Positions 1-10,033 of a stretch of 64,000 bases of DNA are shown piece by piece. The DNA is taken from assembly GCA_020248985.1 (NCBI GenBank), contig JADCGL010000009.1, forward strand, positions 22,552 to 86,551, read 5' to 3'. The position numbers and the translations under genes were made by a program. A model generated the notes under the pieces. It made no database searches, had not been told where the DNA came from, and was given only the letters and a program-made list of their open reading frames with translations. The stretch is from Telmatospirillum sp. (GTDB taxonomy: Bacteria; Pseudomonadota; Alphaproteobacteria; CACIAM-22H2). Position 1 is the stretch's first letter, and each line of letters starts with the position of its first letter.

Positions 1-749
1 GAACGGGTACGATCGGTAGCACCCAGGTCATCCAGTCCAGGCCAGACGGGTACACGATCGGCTTCGTCGCGAACGACGCGCTAGTCTTGCAGCCGTTGCT
101 GAACCCCGCCCTTGTTTTCAAGTCGCCCGACGATTACCAGCCGATCGTCAAGATGGGCTACCGCTCCGACGTCCTTTACGTGCGTGCAGACGCGCCGTGG
201 AAGACATACGACGACTTCGTCGCCGACGCGAAGCGGAATCCCGGCAAGATGCGCATAGCGATACCAGGCGTCGGCACGCTGGGCGAACTCACGGTCCAGA
301 AGCTGAACAAGGTGGCGGGCGTGCGCATGGTGACTGTGCCCTTCAGCGGCGGCGGAGCCGAAGCCACGCTGGCCGTGCTCGGCGGTCGCGTCGAAGCCAG
401 CGCTGGCTCGGTTTCAGTGGGCGCGGGCCATGTCGCAGCGGGCCGGCTGCGCGCGCTCGCCGTGTTCCAGCGCGGCAAGCACGCCGTGTTTCCTGAAGCC
501 GCATCGATCGACGATGCCCACGGCGACGTGTCCATCCTCGCCGAGTTCTACCTCTTCGGCCCGAAGGGATTGCCCAAAGATGTTATCGACAAGCTGGTCG
601 CCGCCGCGACGCAGGTCGGCCGCAGCGAGGAATGGGCGGCGTTCGCCCAGAAGCAGGATTTTACCCCCGACGTGAAGGGCCCAGACGCCACCAAGCAGGA
701 CCTACTGAAGCAAGGCAAAGACTTTGCCGAGCGGCTCGCCGACAAGTAG
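1..749 (+). CDS. tctC: Tripartite tricarboxylate transporter substrate-binding protein (TctC/Bug family), 5' end cut by the window edge
   Basis: The frame is open from the window start (frame of ORF 87..749). Bug/TctC-like sequence (VRADAPWKTYDDFVADAKRNPGKMRIAIPGVGT..VTVPFSGGGEA). It is followed directly by tctB and tctA. Confidence 0.85.
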   Translation, partial: TGTIGSTQVIQSRPDGYTIGFVANDALVLQPLLNPALVFKSPDDYQPIVKMGYRSDVLYVRADAPWKTYDDFVADAKRNPGKMRIAIPGVGTLGELTVQKLNKVAGVRMVTVPFSGGGAEATLAVLGGRVEASAGSVSVGAGHVAAGRLRALAVFQRGKHAVFPEAASIDDAHGDVSILAEFYLFGPKGLPKDVIDKLVAAATQVGRSEEWAAFAQKQDFTPDVKGPDATKQDLLKQGKDFAERLADK

Positions 750-767
750 GCCAAGCGACCACTCACG

Positions 768-1241
768 ATGAGCGTCACGCGCCTCCAGAAGCGGAAGGGT
801 TACCTCGCCCTCGGCGCTGGCGGGCTGGTTTTGTCCGCCGGATACCTCGGCATGTCGGTCCAGCTCCCGTTTGGGGATCTGGCCCGGCCAGGGGCCAGCC
901 TCTTTCCGATCGCTGTCGGTATCATCCTCGCGTTCGCCAGCCTGAGCACGCTATGGGAAGGTTGGCGGACGCCGGTCGCCGAGCAGGTGGAGTTCCCGGC
1001 CGGCGCGGACGCCCTGCGCCTGCTCGTGCTAGTCGGCGCGCTATTCGTGTATATCCTTGCGTTGCCGTGGTTGGGACAACTCGTCGCGAGTACGCTGTTC
1101 CTGACCATGCTCATGCGCGTGCTGTCCGACGCAGGCTGGCCACGCGTTATCGCCTATGCGCTGGCGGTTTCCTGCATTCTCTACGTCGTGTTCGTACGCT
1201 TGCTCAACGTCCCGATGCCGCGCGGCATCGTGGATTTTTAA
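768..1241 (+). CDS. tctB: Tripartite tricarboxylate transporter small membrane subunit TctB
   Basis: 157-aa hydrophobic 4-TM-like protein lying between TctC and TctA, the canonical tctCBA order. Confidence 0.8.
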   Translation: MSVTRLQKRKGYLALGAGGLVLSAGYLGMSVQLPFGDLARPGASLFPIAVGIILAFASLSTLWEGWRTPVAEQVEFPAGADALRLLVLVGALFVYILALPWLGQLVASTLFLTMLMRVLSDAGWPRVIAYALAVSCILYVVFVRLLNVPMPRGIVDF

Positions 1242-1256
1242 CGGGATCGGGCGGAC

Positions 1257-2765
1257 ATGGACCCCATCGAAGGACTTTTGTACGGGCTGAGTCTCGCTTT
1301 CACGTATCAGAATCTCCTCGCCGCGTTCGCGGGTGCGTTCGCCGGCACGGCGATCGGCGTTTTGCCGGGTTTCGGCCCGACTGCGGGCCTCGCGCTGCTG
1401 CTACCGTTCACCTTCGCGATGGGTCCGAGCACCGGGCTCATCATGATGGCGAGCATGCTCTACGGCGCGATGTATGGCGGCTCGACCACCGCCATCTTGA
1501 TGAATATGCCAGGCGAGGCCGCCTCAGTGATGACTTGTATCGACGGCTACAAGCTCACTAAGAAAGGACGCGCCGGTGCCGTGCTATTCATCGTTGCCGC
1601 GGGCTCGTTCATCGGCGGCACGATCTCCGTCGTCGGCGTCATGCTTTTTGTGCCGACACTCGCGGAGTTGGCCATCATCTTCGGTCCGGGCGAGTTTTTC
1701 GCGCTGACAGCGGGCGGCCTGCTGTTGCTTTCTCGTATTTCCGCTGGGACGTTAGCGGCTGGACTGCTACCGATGGCGATCGGCCTCCTGCTCAGCACCG
1801 TCGGCCAGGAAGCGGTGTCGGGACAGTACCGCTTCACTTTCGGCGTCAACGACCTCAGCCAAGGGCTGGAGCTGGCGGTCCTGGCAGTAGGTATCTACGG
1901 CATCGCAGAGGTCATGTTCGTCGTCGAATCGCTTGCCAGCCAGGGCAAGCCGATGCGCGTGCGGGTCCGCGAAATGCTGCCGACGCGCGAGGAGATACGG
2001 CGCTCCTGGGCGCCGATAGGCCGCGGCACTATCGTCGGCTTCCTGTTCGGACTTATTCCGGGGCCGGCTACGACGCTGTCCACCTTCACGGCGTACCGGC
2101 TCGAGAAAGCGGTCTCCAAGTACAAGGACGAGATTGGCGAAGGCGCAATCGAAGGGGTTGCCGCGCCCGAGACAGCCAACAACGCGGCGGCCACCTCGTT
2201 GATGGTGCCCTTATTGGGGCTCGGCATCCCGTTCAGCTCGGCGACAGCGCTGATGCTGGGCGCGATGATGGTGCATAACGTGCAACCCGGCCCGCTGCTG
2301 ATGACGATCCATCCGGAGATTTTCTGGGCCGTAATCGCCTCAATGTTCGTGGGCAACATCATGCTTGTGGTGATCAACGTCCCGATGATCGGGCTCTGGG
2401 TCAACATGCTGCGTATTCCAGCCTACATTTTGCTGCCGACCATTCTGATGATGGCCGTCATCGGCTCCTACAGTCTGCGCAACAGCATGTTCGACGTGTC
2501 GCTGCTGCTAGTGCTTGGTATCCTCGGCTATGTCCTGCGCAAGTTGGATTTCCAGCTCGCACCGCTCGTTGTCGGCGTGGTGCTCGGGCCGATGATCGAA
2601 AAGCACTTCCGCGAAGGGCTCTACATGAGCCAAGGCGACCTGTCGGTGTTCTGGGGCAGCCCGATCGCGGTCGGGATCTGGAGCGTCGTATTCATCGTCG
2701 TCGCCCTCGGCCTCATGTCGCGCCTGTGGAAACGCATATTTCCAGCCGGCGAGGGGGAAGGCTAG
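1257..2765 (+). CDS. tctA: Tripartite tricarboxylate transporter large permease TctA
   Basis: 502-aa polytopic membrane protein with typical TctA sequence (LPGFGPTAGLALLLP, GYKLTKKGRAG, GAIEGVAAPETANNAA). Confidence 0.9.
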   Translation: MDPIEGLLYGLSLAFTYQNLLAAFAGAFAGTAIGVLPGFGPTAGLALLLPFTFAMGPSTGLIMMASMLYGAMYGGSTTAILMNMPGEAASVMTCIDGYKLTKKGRAGAVLFIVAAGSFIGGTISVVGVMLFVPTLAELAIIFGPGEFFALTAGGLLLLSRISAGTLAAGLLPMAIGLLLSTVGQEAVSGQYRFTFGVNDLSQGLELAVLAVGIYGIAEVMFVVESLASQGKPMRVRVREMLPTREEIRRSWAPIGRGTIVGFLFGLIPGPATTLSTFTAYRLEKAVSKYKDEIGEGAIEGVAAPETANNAAATSLMVPLLGLGIPFSSATALMLGAMMVHNVQPGPLLMTIHPEIFWAVIASMFVGNIMLVVINVPMIGLWVNMLRIPAYILLPTILMMAVIGSYSLRNSMFDVSLLLVLGILGYVLRKLDFQLAPLVVGVVLGPMIEKHFREGLYMSQGDLSVFWGSPIAVGIWSVVFIVVALGLMSRLWKRIFPAGEGEG

Positions 2766-3110
2766 CCTTTGAACCGAGCGTGCGCGCAACCGCTTCGGCG
2801 CGCGGCTACTATTCGCCCGGATTTCCAGCCAGCGCGCCCTCCTTCACGAGCAACCGCTCCAAACTGAGGCGTTGGTTTCACTCGGACACTTCAATAGGAG
2901 AAAATAGTATGAATGTCTTTGCATGCCGCGCACCAATGCCTCGGTATTCCCTGTATCTTTCCCTGTTACTATTGGCTCGAGAGTCTCCGGCTCGTTGGAC
3001 TGCCTCCACCGCCAGCCGCCTTCTGTCGTTGCCGCCTCGCCCCGCTGAACGCGCTCGGCGCGGAAAGCCTCGCGAAAATTAACGATTTCGTATCGCCGAG
3101 GGCATAGTTT

Positions 3111-3911
3111 GTGGCTATGGGGAATTCAAAAGATCGTTTCTTTTGTCGAGCGACTTTGGCGATCGGCAAAAGCCAGGAGATACTCGCGACGCGAAATTTC
3201 CCTTCGGCAAACGAAGCGGCGGATTGGGCGCTTTTGACGGCGCAACACCTGAAGCTTTCTTTGGGGGCGGCGACCTACGACAAGATCGACGACGAACTCG
3301 CAATCGAAATTCGCGGGCATGTCGCAGTCGACCCGAATGCAGCGCAGCAGGTGGTGTTTGCAGGGTCGCTGAGCATCGCCAGCGCCAAACTTGCCGACTG
3401 CGTCGCGACGTTCGAGCGCGAAACGCTCCCGAAACTCCATGTCGAGGCCGCAAACCGCATCGCTTCGCGCGCCAGGCGCCGATACTGGATTGCGGCAGCC
3501 GGGGCAGGTACCTTGGCCGTTGCGGTGATCGGGGTCCTGCTGGTGCCGCCGATTTTGGATCCCGAACGCGTCGCCGAAGCGCTTCTATCCGGTCCGCCCG
3601 CCCAGATGAGCGGCCGCTGGGCAATCGGCGATCCGAAAACGAATTGCCAGACGAACTATATCGAGTTCGATCGTCGGCATTACGGAGCGATGGTCGGCAC
3701 CAATCGTCAGAGTTTTACCGCCGCTTACGCGCAGCCGACTCAGGATACGATGCGCGTTGAATATGCCCAAGGCGGCATTCGCCTCGTGCAGATTTTTCGG
3801 CTCTCCGCCCAAACCGGTCTGATGACGATCGTCAATGTGGAATCGAGCGAACCCGAAATACAGGCGGCAGCGCGCAACGCCATCGGCACGACGCTGGCGA
3901 AATGTCCGTGA
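3111..3911 (+). CDS. Hypothetical single-pass membrane protein with no family I recognise
   Basis: 266-aa ORF with a GTG at 3111 and an ATG at 3117. One central hydrophobic segment (YWIAAAGAGTLAVAVIGVLLVPPIL). G/C-rich third codon positions. Flanked by unassigned, lower-GC DNA. Confidence 0.5.
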   Translation: MAMGNSKDRFFCRATLAIGKSQEILATRNFPSANEAADWALLTAQHLKLSLGAATYDKIDDELAIEIRGHVAVDPNAAQQVVFAGSLSIASAKLADCVATFERETLPKLHVEAANRIASRARRRYWIAAAGAGTLAVAVIGVLLVPPILDPERVAEALLSGPPAQMSGRWAIGDPKTNCQTNYIEFDRRHYGAMVGTNRQSFTAAYAQPTQDTMRVEYAQGGIRLVQIFRLSAQTGLMTIVNVESSEPEIQAAARNAIGTTLAKCP

Positions 3912-4443
3912 CGAACGAACGGCCGGAGATCGATTTCGCAGGGTGCGATTTCTGCCAATCTATTCGCCATCGGCGCCACAAGGGCCAATCGGTTTAAGGC
4001 GCGCGGCTATTCTCCGCCTCCGACACAGTGCGTCCAGCGTTGGACCGGCAGCCGATCCGAGCGGATCCGCCTGATGGGGTCGCGCGCCAAAAGCGGCCGG
4101 CAGGGTTGTCGGGGCCTGCGGCACTCTGCTGGAACAGGCGAACTCCTTGCGCGGCAAAATCGAGGGCGCCGCGCGTTCGCTCCGAATCGTCGTTCTGTCG
4201 CGCGGTGGAGCACGCATTGCATCAGCGATGGACCTGGGGACGGTCTTCCTGCCGTCGCTCCGCGGCGCTCTCGGCCCGTCAAAAGTTCGCCTCGCCCGGC
4301 AAAGCCCGACCGAGTCGGGAGTCACGTTTGCGCAAGACGCCGAAACCGACCGGCTGCTCGCTCCTGTCTTCGCAAGGCTGCATATGGCCGACGCAGCCTA
4401 GCCGCACGTGCACGAGCAAGCGGGCGAATTCGGCAAACCAGCC

Positions 4444-5016
4444 TCACCTGAAAAAGCGCAGCCCCGCAATCGCAAGATCGGCCGAAAAAGCGCGCCCGAT
4501 GGCAGCCAATCCCACACGACGCAATCGACGCAAATCGAGCGGTATATCGGTCCGGTGCGGGCCGAACCCGTCAAAAGGCAGTCGCGCCGTCTGCCATCTC
4601 GGCTGGGCCCTGAAACTCTGTCGGTAGGACTGCCAGGGACGTGCGAGATCGGACGTCCGAAGATGCATCCCATACGCCGCATCGTTGCCGTAGAAATCCA
4701 GCTCGATCCCGCTCCAGCCGCTGGCATCGGCTGCCCCAGATCCAGGCGAAAGATCGAGCGCCAACTGAATAAAGCCGCCGTTGTTTTCGAGACGGACGTC
4801 GCCGCGCATGCGGACGGCAAGACGGCCGTCCACCACTTCGCGGGTCATGTTGCCACTGGAAATGCCGCCCATCACCTGGTCGGTGAGGAGCTGCCAGGAT
4901 GTCCCGATGCTGGCCGCAGGCGCGTCGCACGACAGATCATCGATGATCGAGGCGACTTTTTGCGCGGCATGGCTCACGGCAGGAGTGTCGGCCGGCACGC
5001 CGGATGCGGCAAGCAC
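4444..5016 (-). CDS. CIA30-domain protein (complex I intermediate-associated protein 30-like)
   Basis: 190 aa with a GTG start. Characteristic CIA30 stretch (W..LTDQVMGGISSG......DGRLAVRMRGDVRLENNGGFIQL....G.ELDFYGN...Y..HLRT). Confidence 0.7.
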   Translation of the reverse strand: MLAASGVPADTPAVSHAAQKVASIIDDLSCDAPAASIGTSWQLLTDQVMGGISSGNMTREVVDGRLAVRMRGDVRLENNGGFIQLALDLSPGSGAADASGWSGIELDFYGNDAAYGMHLRTSDLARPWQSYRQSFRAQPRWQTARLPFDGFGPHRTDIPLDLRRLRRVGLAAIGRAFSADLAIAGLRFFR

Positions 5017-5104
5017 AAAAAGACCCCCGGGCTCTTGCTTATCGATGTATGGAACGTGAAACTATCTTCTCCTGGTTTCGTCGGAACAATGGGGAAGGAC
5101 AGAC

Positions 5105-6172
5105 ATGCTGCCCGCCGATTTGGTGTCCAAAGCGTCGATCGATGTGCACACGCACATCTATCTTCCCACGTATGTCGAGATGCTGCGCAAACGAGACTCC
5201 GTTCCGCGCGTCGTCGATCGAAACGGCCAGTCGCGACTGCTGATTCTGCCGGGCAAGGACGAGGAAGACAGCCCCGACGCGGGTCGGCCCTTCGGCCGCG
5301 AGTATTTCGATATCGGCGGCAAGATCCGCTTCATGGACAATCACGGCATCGCCGTGTCGGTGCTGAGCCTTGCCAACCCGTGGGTCGATTTTCTGCCGCC
5401 GGCCGAGGCCGTGGCACTTTCGCGCGTCTTCAACGACGACATGGAAGCCGTATGCGCGGCATCCGGCGGGCGCCTGCGCGGCTTCGGCGTTCTGCCGCTG
5501 AAGGCGCCTGCCGCAGCCGCCGAAGAACTCGCGCGCATCTCGACGCTTCGCCATTTGCGCGGCGTGATCATCGGCACCAGCGGTGCGGGCAACGGCCTGC
5601 ACGATCCAGCACTCGATCCCGTTTGGGCCGAGGCGGCGCGCGGCGGCCATATGGTCTTCGTGCATCCGCATTACGGGCTGGGCAACGCCGCCTACGAGGG
5701 CACGGGCCACGCGCTGTTCCTGGCACTCGGCTTTCCCTTCGAGACTTCGGCCGCCATCGCCCGCTTGATTCTGGCAGGCGTGCTCGACCGCCATTCCAAG
5801 CTCAAACTGCTGGTGGCCCATGCCGGAGGCACGCTGCCCTATCTCGCGGGCCGCTTGGACAGTTGCGTCGGCACCGAGCGGCAGGTCGATTTCACGCTGA
5901 AAGCGGCACCCAGCGAATATCTCAAACGCATGTATTTCGACTCGATCGGCTATCACACGCCGGCACTGCTGGCGCTGATCGCCCTCGTCGGCCACGAGCG
6001 CATCATGTTCGGCACCGACCATCCGTTTTTTCCGCCGCGCGACGCAACGTTGGACCTCGCCACCTGCTTGTGGCCGTCGCCGCAGGAAAACTACGCGGCC
6101 ATCGAGGGCTTGCCGGCCGAACAGCAGCAAGCGATCCTGAACGCCAATGCGCGGCGGATCATGGTGCTTTAG
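5105..6172 (+). CDS. Amidohydrolase-2 family enzyme (ACMSD-like metal-dependent decarboxylase/hydrolase)
   Basis: N-terminal IDVHTH metal motif, central FVHPH and C-terminal FGTDHPFF. A GGAAGGA ribosome-binding site lies upstream of the ATG at 5105. Confidence 0.8.
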   Translation: MLPADLVSKASIDVHTHIYLPTYVEMLRKRDSVPRVVDRNGQSRLLILPGKDEEDSPDAGRPFGREYFDIGGKIRFMDNHGIAVSVLSLANPWVDFLPPAEAVALSRVFNDDMEAVCAASGGRLRGFGVLPLKAPAAAAEELARISTLRHLRGVIIGTSGAGNGLHDPALDPVWAEAARGGHMVFVHPHYGLGNAAYEGTGHALFLALGFPFETSAAIARLILAGVLDRHSKLKLLVAHAGGTLPYLAGRLDSCVGTERQVDFTLKAAPSEYLKRMYFDSIGYHTPALLALIALVGHERIMFGTDHPFFPPRDATLDLATCLWPSPQENYAAIEGLPAEQQQAILNANARRIMVL

Positions 6173-6191
6173 AATGGACCCGCGCGGTCGA

Positions 6192-6578
6192 TCATTCTGC
6201 CTCGTCGCGCCGACTGACATGCGCCAAGACGACACGCCAACCGTCCGGCGTGCGGACCCAGGTTTGGCTTTGCCGTCCTTGCCTTGTCTGGTCGGGACGC
6301 TGGTATTCGACGGTCGCAACCGCGAAATCCCGGCCGAACGTCGTTACGGTCTGGTTCCAGAGGCGCCGCTTGAAATTGCCGAGGATGCGCGAACGTCGAT
6401 AATCGGCCAAAGCGTCGGCGCCGTACTGCGCGCTCACATAGCCGAAACGCACGACAAGGGGCGACGACCAGAAGCTCTTGTCGAGAATGTCGAGATCGTT
6501 CGCGACGAGGGCGCGCTCGTATCGTTCGATCGCCCCCTGTACTTCGGCGACGATCTCGGGGATGTTGAGTTCGAGCAT
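6192..6578 (-). CDS. SnoaL/DUF4440-fold protein resembling HpxZ/AtzH-like oxalurate catabolism proteins
   Basis: 128 aa. The N-terminal pattern (I..V....ERYE.AL..ND.D.LD..FW.S....RFG) and C-terminal W.RT..GWRVV.AHVS are as I remember for this family. Confidence 0.55.
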   Translation of the reverse strand: MLELNIPEIVAEVQGAIERYERALVANDLDILDKSFWSSPLVVRFGYVSAQYGADALADYRRSRILGNFKRRLWNQTVTTFGRDFAVATVEYQRPDQTRQGRQSQTWVRTPDGWRVVLAHVSRRDEAE

Positions 6579-6622
6579 ATGCGCAATTCCGTTTCTGGGG
6601 TCTGCCGCGTGGCAACGACATT

Positions 6623-7570
6623 ATGCTGAAATTGATTGTCGGAAGAATAGCGGCCCTTATCCCGATTCTGTTGGGGATATCGCTCGTCGCTTTTTTTCTG
6701 GTCCGGCTCGTGCCCGGCGACCCGGTCATTGCGATCGCCGGCGTCGAGGCCGATGCCGCAACGATCGCGGCATTGCGCGCGAAATACGGCCTCGACCTGC
6801 CGCTGCCGGCCCAATTTGCGATCTGGTTCGGCCAAGTGATCCAGGGCGATTTGGGTCGCTCGATACAAACCGGCCGGCCGGTCGCGGCGATGCTGGGAAC
6901 GGCTTTCGGCCCCACTTTGCTTTTGGCCGGTGCTGCACTGATCGTTTCGTTGCTGATCGCCATCCCCGCCGGGATCGCATCGGCGACACGGCCCAACACG
7001 GGAATCGATTTCGGCGTGTCGTTGGGCGCGCTTGCCGGCCTGTCCCTGCCGAGTTTCTGGATCGGGATATTGCTGATCCTGACCTTCTCCATTCGCCTGC
7101 CGATCCTGCCGTCCTCGGGCTTCGTGGCACCGAGCGTTGATGTTGCCAAGGCACTCCTGCATCTCGTGCTGCCCGCGATCACGCTCGGCACGGCCTTGGC
7201 TGCGGCGACGATGCGCATGACGCGTGCCACCGTGATCGAGGTGCTGCGTCAGGACTATATCCGAACGGCGCGCGCCAAAGGTCTCTCGCGCGCGGTCGTC
7301 GTCTGGAAGCATGCGCTCGCCAACGCCTCGATGCCGATCGTGACGCTGATCGGAATCCAGATGGGACAAATGCTGAGTGGCGTTGTGGTAACCGAGACGA
7401 TTTTTTCCTGGCCCGGTATCGGAAAGCTTACCGTCGATGCGATCTTCGCGCGCGACTATCCGCTCGTCCAAGGTGCCGTGCTGTGCATGGCCGTGCTGTT
7501 CGTCACGATCAATCTGGTGACCGACCTCCTCTATTCCGTGCTCGATCCGCGCGTGAGGCTCGGCCAATGA
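6623..7570 (+). CDS. ABC transporter permease, peptide/opine/nickel (DppB/OppB) type
   Basis: 315 aa with the typical start MLKLIVGRI..LIPILLGISLVAFFLVRLVPGDP and an EAA loop (DYIRTARAKGLS). Confidence 0.92.
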   Translation: MLKLIVGRIAALIPILLGISLVAFFLVRLVPGDPVIAIAGVEADAATIAALRAKYGLDLPLPAQFAIWFGQVIQGDLGRSIQTGRPVAAMLGTAFGPTLLLAGAALIVSLLIAIPAGIASATRPNTGIDFGVSLGALAGLSLPSFWIGILLILTFSIRLPILPSSGFVAPSVDVAKALLHLVLPAITLGTALAAATMRMTRATVIEVLRQDYIRTARAKGLSRAVVVWKHALANASMPIVTLIGIQMGQMLSGVVVTETIFSWPGIGKLTVDAIFARDYPLVQGAVLCMAVLFVTINLVTDLLYSVLDPRVRLGQ

Positions 7571-8415
7571 CCGCAAGCATGCGCAAGCGCATCGGACGGC
7601 GCGGCTTGGTCGCGCGCAACTGGCGCACGCTTGCCGGTGCTGTTTTGGTCGGCGCCGTAGTGCTCGGTGCGCTGGTAGGCCCTGCGCTGCTGCCGCACGA
7701 TCCGCTGAAAACCGATTTCCTGGCGACGCTCGCGGCACCCGACGGTCGCTTTTGGCTTGGCACGGACGAACTTGGCCGCGATCTGCTGGCGCGGGTGGCG
7801 ACGGGGGCGCGCGTCTCGCTGCTTGTCGGCTCTCTCAGCGTCGGGCTTGCCCTTCTGCTCGGCACGACGATCGGCCTGTTGGCGGGTTATGGCGGGCCGA
7901 TCGGCGACACGCTGCTGATGCGCGCGATGGACGTGCTGTTCGCCTTTCCGAGTATCCTGCTCGCCCTCGCCATCACCGCCGTTCTGGGACCGTCGCTCGG
8001 CAACGTGATCGTGGCGATCGCAGTCGTCTACACGCCGGTCTTCGCGCGCCTAGCGCGCGCCCAGGTGCTGGTCGTGCGCGAGCTTGCCTATGTCGAGGCG
8101 GCACGCGCGATGGGATTCCGCCATGGCCAGATTCTGTTCGGCACGATCCTGCCCAACGTCGCGGGCCCTCTCATCGTGCAAGGCTCGCTGCTCTTCGCCT
8201 CGGCGATCATCACGGAGACCTATCTGTCGTTCCTCGGCCTGGGCGTGCAGCCGCCGCAGCCGAGTTGGGGCAGCATGCTGCGCGACGCGATCGGCTTCAT
8301 GGAAATTGCCCCTTGGATGGCCTGGTATCCAGGTATCGCGATTTTCGTGGCCGTCCTGGGCTTCAATCTGCTCGGCGACGGCCTGCTGGACAGGTTCGAT
8401 CCAAGACGGGCATAG
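7567..8415 (+). CDS. ABC transporter permease, DppC/OppC type
   Basis: I trimmed the track ORF 7483..8415 to the ATG at 7567, which overlaps the upstream stop as ATGA. Contains FWLGTDELGRDLL and YVEAARAMG motifs. Confidence 0.9.
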   Translation: MTASMRKRIGRRGLVARNWRTLAGAVLVGAVVLGALVGPALLPHDPLKTDFLATLAAPDGRFWLGTDELGRDLLARVATGARVSLLVGSLSVGLALLLGTTIGLLAGYGGPIGDTLLMRAMDVLFAFPSILLALAITAVLGPSLGNVIVAIAVVYTPVFARLARAQVLVVRELAYVEAARAMGFRHGQILFGTILPNVAGPLIVQGSLLFASAIITETYLSFLGLGVQPPQPSWGSMLRDAIGFMEIAPWMAWYPGIAIFVAVLGFNLLGDGLLDRFDPRRA

Positions 8416-8490
8416 TTGTTTCATTATTGCATCAAATTCATGCGCGCAGTTCGTCCGGACCCGCGCGCCGACAACGGAGGATCCGACGCC

Positions 8491-10026
8491 ATGATCACAC
8501 GCCGCACGCTCCTTTCGACGGCCGCAGCCGCACCCGCGGCAGGCCTCGTGCCGAACATGCTTTCGCGCGCACACGCGCAGGCCCAAACGCCGCGGCGCGG
8601 CGGCACGCTCAATGTCGGCGTGGTCTCGGATCCGGTCACGCTCGATCCTGCGTTCATGGCGTCGTTCTTCGAAGTCTACGTATTCGGCACGCTGCACGAC
8701 ACGCTCTTGCGCATCACGCCAGATCTGCAGATCGAGCCGGGCCTTGCCACGATGACCGCGGTCAGCCCCACCGTCATGCGCTTCGATCTGCGCCCCAATC
8801 TGAAGTTCCACGACGACACGCCGCTCGACGCGGCCGCCGTCAAATGGAACTTCGACCGCATCATGAATCCGGCAACCGCTTCGCTGCGCCGCGCCGATTT
8901 GGGCCCGCTGACCTCGGTCGAAGTGACGGGCCCGCTGCAGGTGACGATGACGCTCAGCACGCCGTTTGCGCCGTTTCCGCACGTCATGGGCGCGCGCGCC
9001 GGTGCGATGGTCTCGCCGACGGCCGCCCAGCGCCTGGGGGCGGATTTCGGAACGCAGACGGTCGGCTGCGGGCCCTTCCGGCTCGTCCGCTGGACCAAGA
9101 ATTCCGAACTCGTGCTCGAGCGGTTCCCGGGCTATTGGCGGCCGAACCAGCCGCTGCTCGATTCGATCGTCTACCGCCCCATCCCCGACGAGACGGTCCG
9201 CTTGACGAATCTGCGCAGCGGCGCGCTCCAGCTCATCGATCTCGTTCCGCCGCAGGCCGTCGCCGGCTTGCGCGGGGCGGCGAACATTTCGTTGCGCGAA
9301 CGGCCCAGCATCGGCTGGAATGCGATGTCGCTGAACGTGACGCGCGCGCCCTTTGCCGACGTCAAGGTCCGGCAAGCGCTGATGTACGCGGTCGATCGCG
9401 ACGCGATCAATCGCGTCGTCTATTTCCAGACAGGAACGCCGGCTTTCGGCCCCATCCCGCCCGCTTTCGGCTGGGCGCACGATGCCGCGTTCAAACCTTT
9501 CTCGTACGATCCGGCGCGCGCACAGGCACTGTTGCGCGAGGCTGGCGTTTCGACGCCGGTACCTTTCTCGATCACGGTCACCAACTCGCCGCTGCAGATC
9601 CGCCTTGCCCAGCTCATCCAGGCGCAGGCGAACCAAGCCGGATTCCGTGCCGAGATCCGGCAGATCGACGCCACGAGCCTCATCACCGTGCTGCGCGGCA
9701 AGGATTTCGACATTGCATGGTCGCCCTGGTCGGGCCGCTCGGACCCCGACGGCAACACCTTCAACATGTTCACGGCCGGCGGACCGACGAACTTCACCGG
9801 CTATGCCAGCGAAAAGACGACCGAGCTGCTGCGCGAGGCGCGCGTGTCCTCCGACCAAACGCGGCGCGCCCAGCTCTATCGTGAAGTGCAGCAGCAGCTC
9901 GCGGCGGATGCGCCGCTGCTGTTCTTCCAGTTCGACTCGATCATCCAAGCATCGTCGAGCCGCCTGCGCTGGACCCAGTATCCCGATGGCGGCTTCGCGC
10001 TCGGCGACGCTTGGCTGGAATCCTGA
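8491..10026 (+). CDS. ABC transporter substrate-binding protein, family 5 (peptide/opine/nickel type), Tat-like signal
   Basis: Trimmed to the ATG at 8491, preceded by ACGGAGGA. Twin-arginine leader MITRRTLLSTAAAAPAAG. Family-5 body (RRGGTLNVG.., LKFHDDTP, FPGYW). Confidence 0.9.
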   Translation: MITRRTLLSTAAAAPAAGLVPNMLSRAHAQAQTPRRGGTLNVGVVSDPVTLDPAFMASFFEVYVFGTLHDTLLRITPDLQIEPGLATMTAVSPTVMRFDLRPNLKFHDDTPLDAAAVKWNFDRIMNPATASLRRADLGPLTSVEVTGPLQVTMTLSTPFAPFPHVMGARAGAMVSPTAAQRLGADFGTQTVGCGPFRLVRWTKNSELVLERFPGYWRPNQPLLDSIVYRPIPDETVRLTNLRSGALQLIDLVPPQAVAGLRGAANISLRERPSIGWNAMSLNVTRAPFADVKVRQALMYAVDRDAINRVVYFQTGTPAFGPIPPAFGWAHDAAFKPFSYDPARAQALLREAGVSTPVPFSITVTNSPLQIRLAQLIQAQANQAGFRAEIRQIDATSLITVLRGKDFDIAWSPWSGRSDPDGNTFNMFTAGGPTNFTGYASEKTTELLREARVSSDQTRRAQLYREVQQQLAADAPLLFFQFDSIIQASSSRLRWTQYPDGGFALGDAWLES

Positions 10027-10033
10027 TCCAACC

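Noticed and set aside
4075-4401. Small frame-1 ORF (track version 4147..4401, 84 aa) with fairly G/C-rich third positions
   Set aside because: It has only a TTG start or a late ATG, no RBS and no family resemblance. I mention it only as part of the unassigned spacer.
4408-6402. 664-aa plus-strand and 426-aa minus-strand (5039..6319) ORFs overlapping the CIA30 and amidohydrolase genes
   Set aside because: These are typical high-GC shadow ORFs with Arg/Ala/Gly/Pro-rich, motif-free translations. The alternative frames carry clear CIA30 and amidohydrolase signatures.
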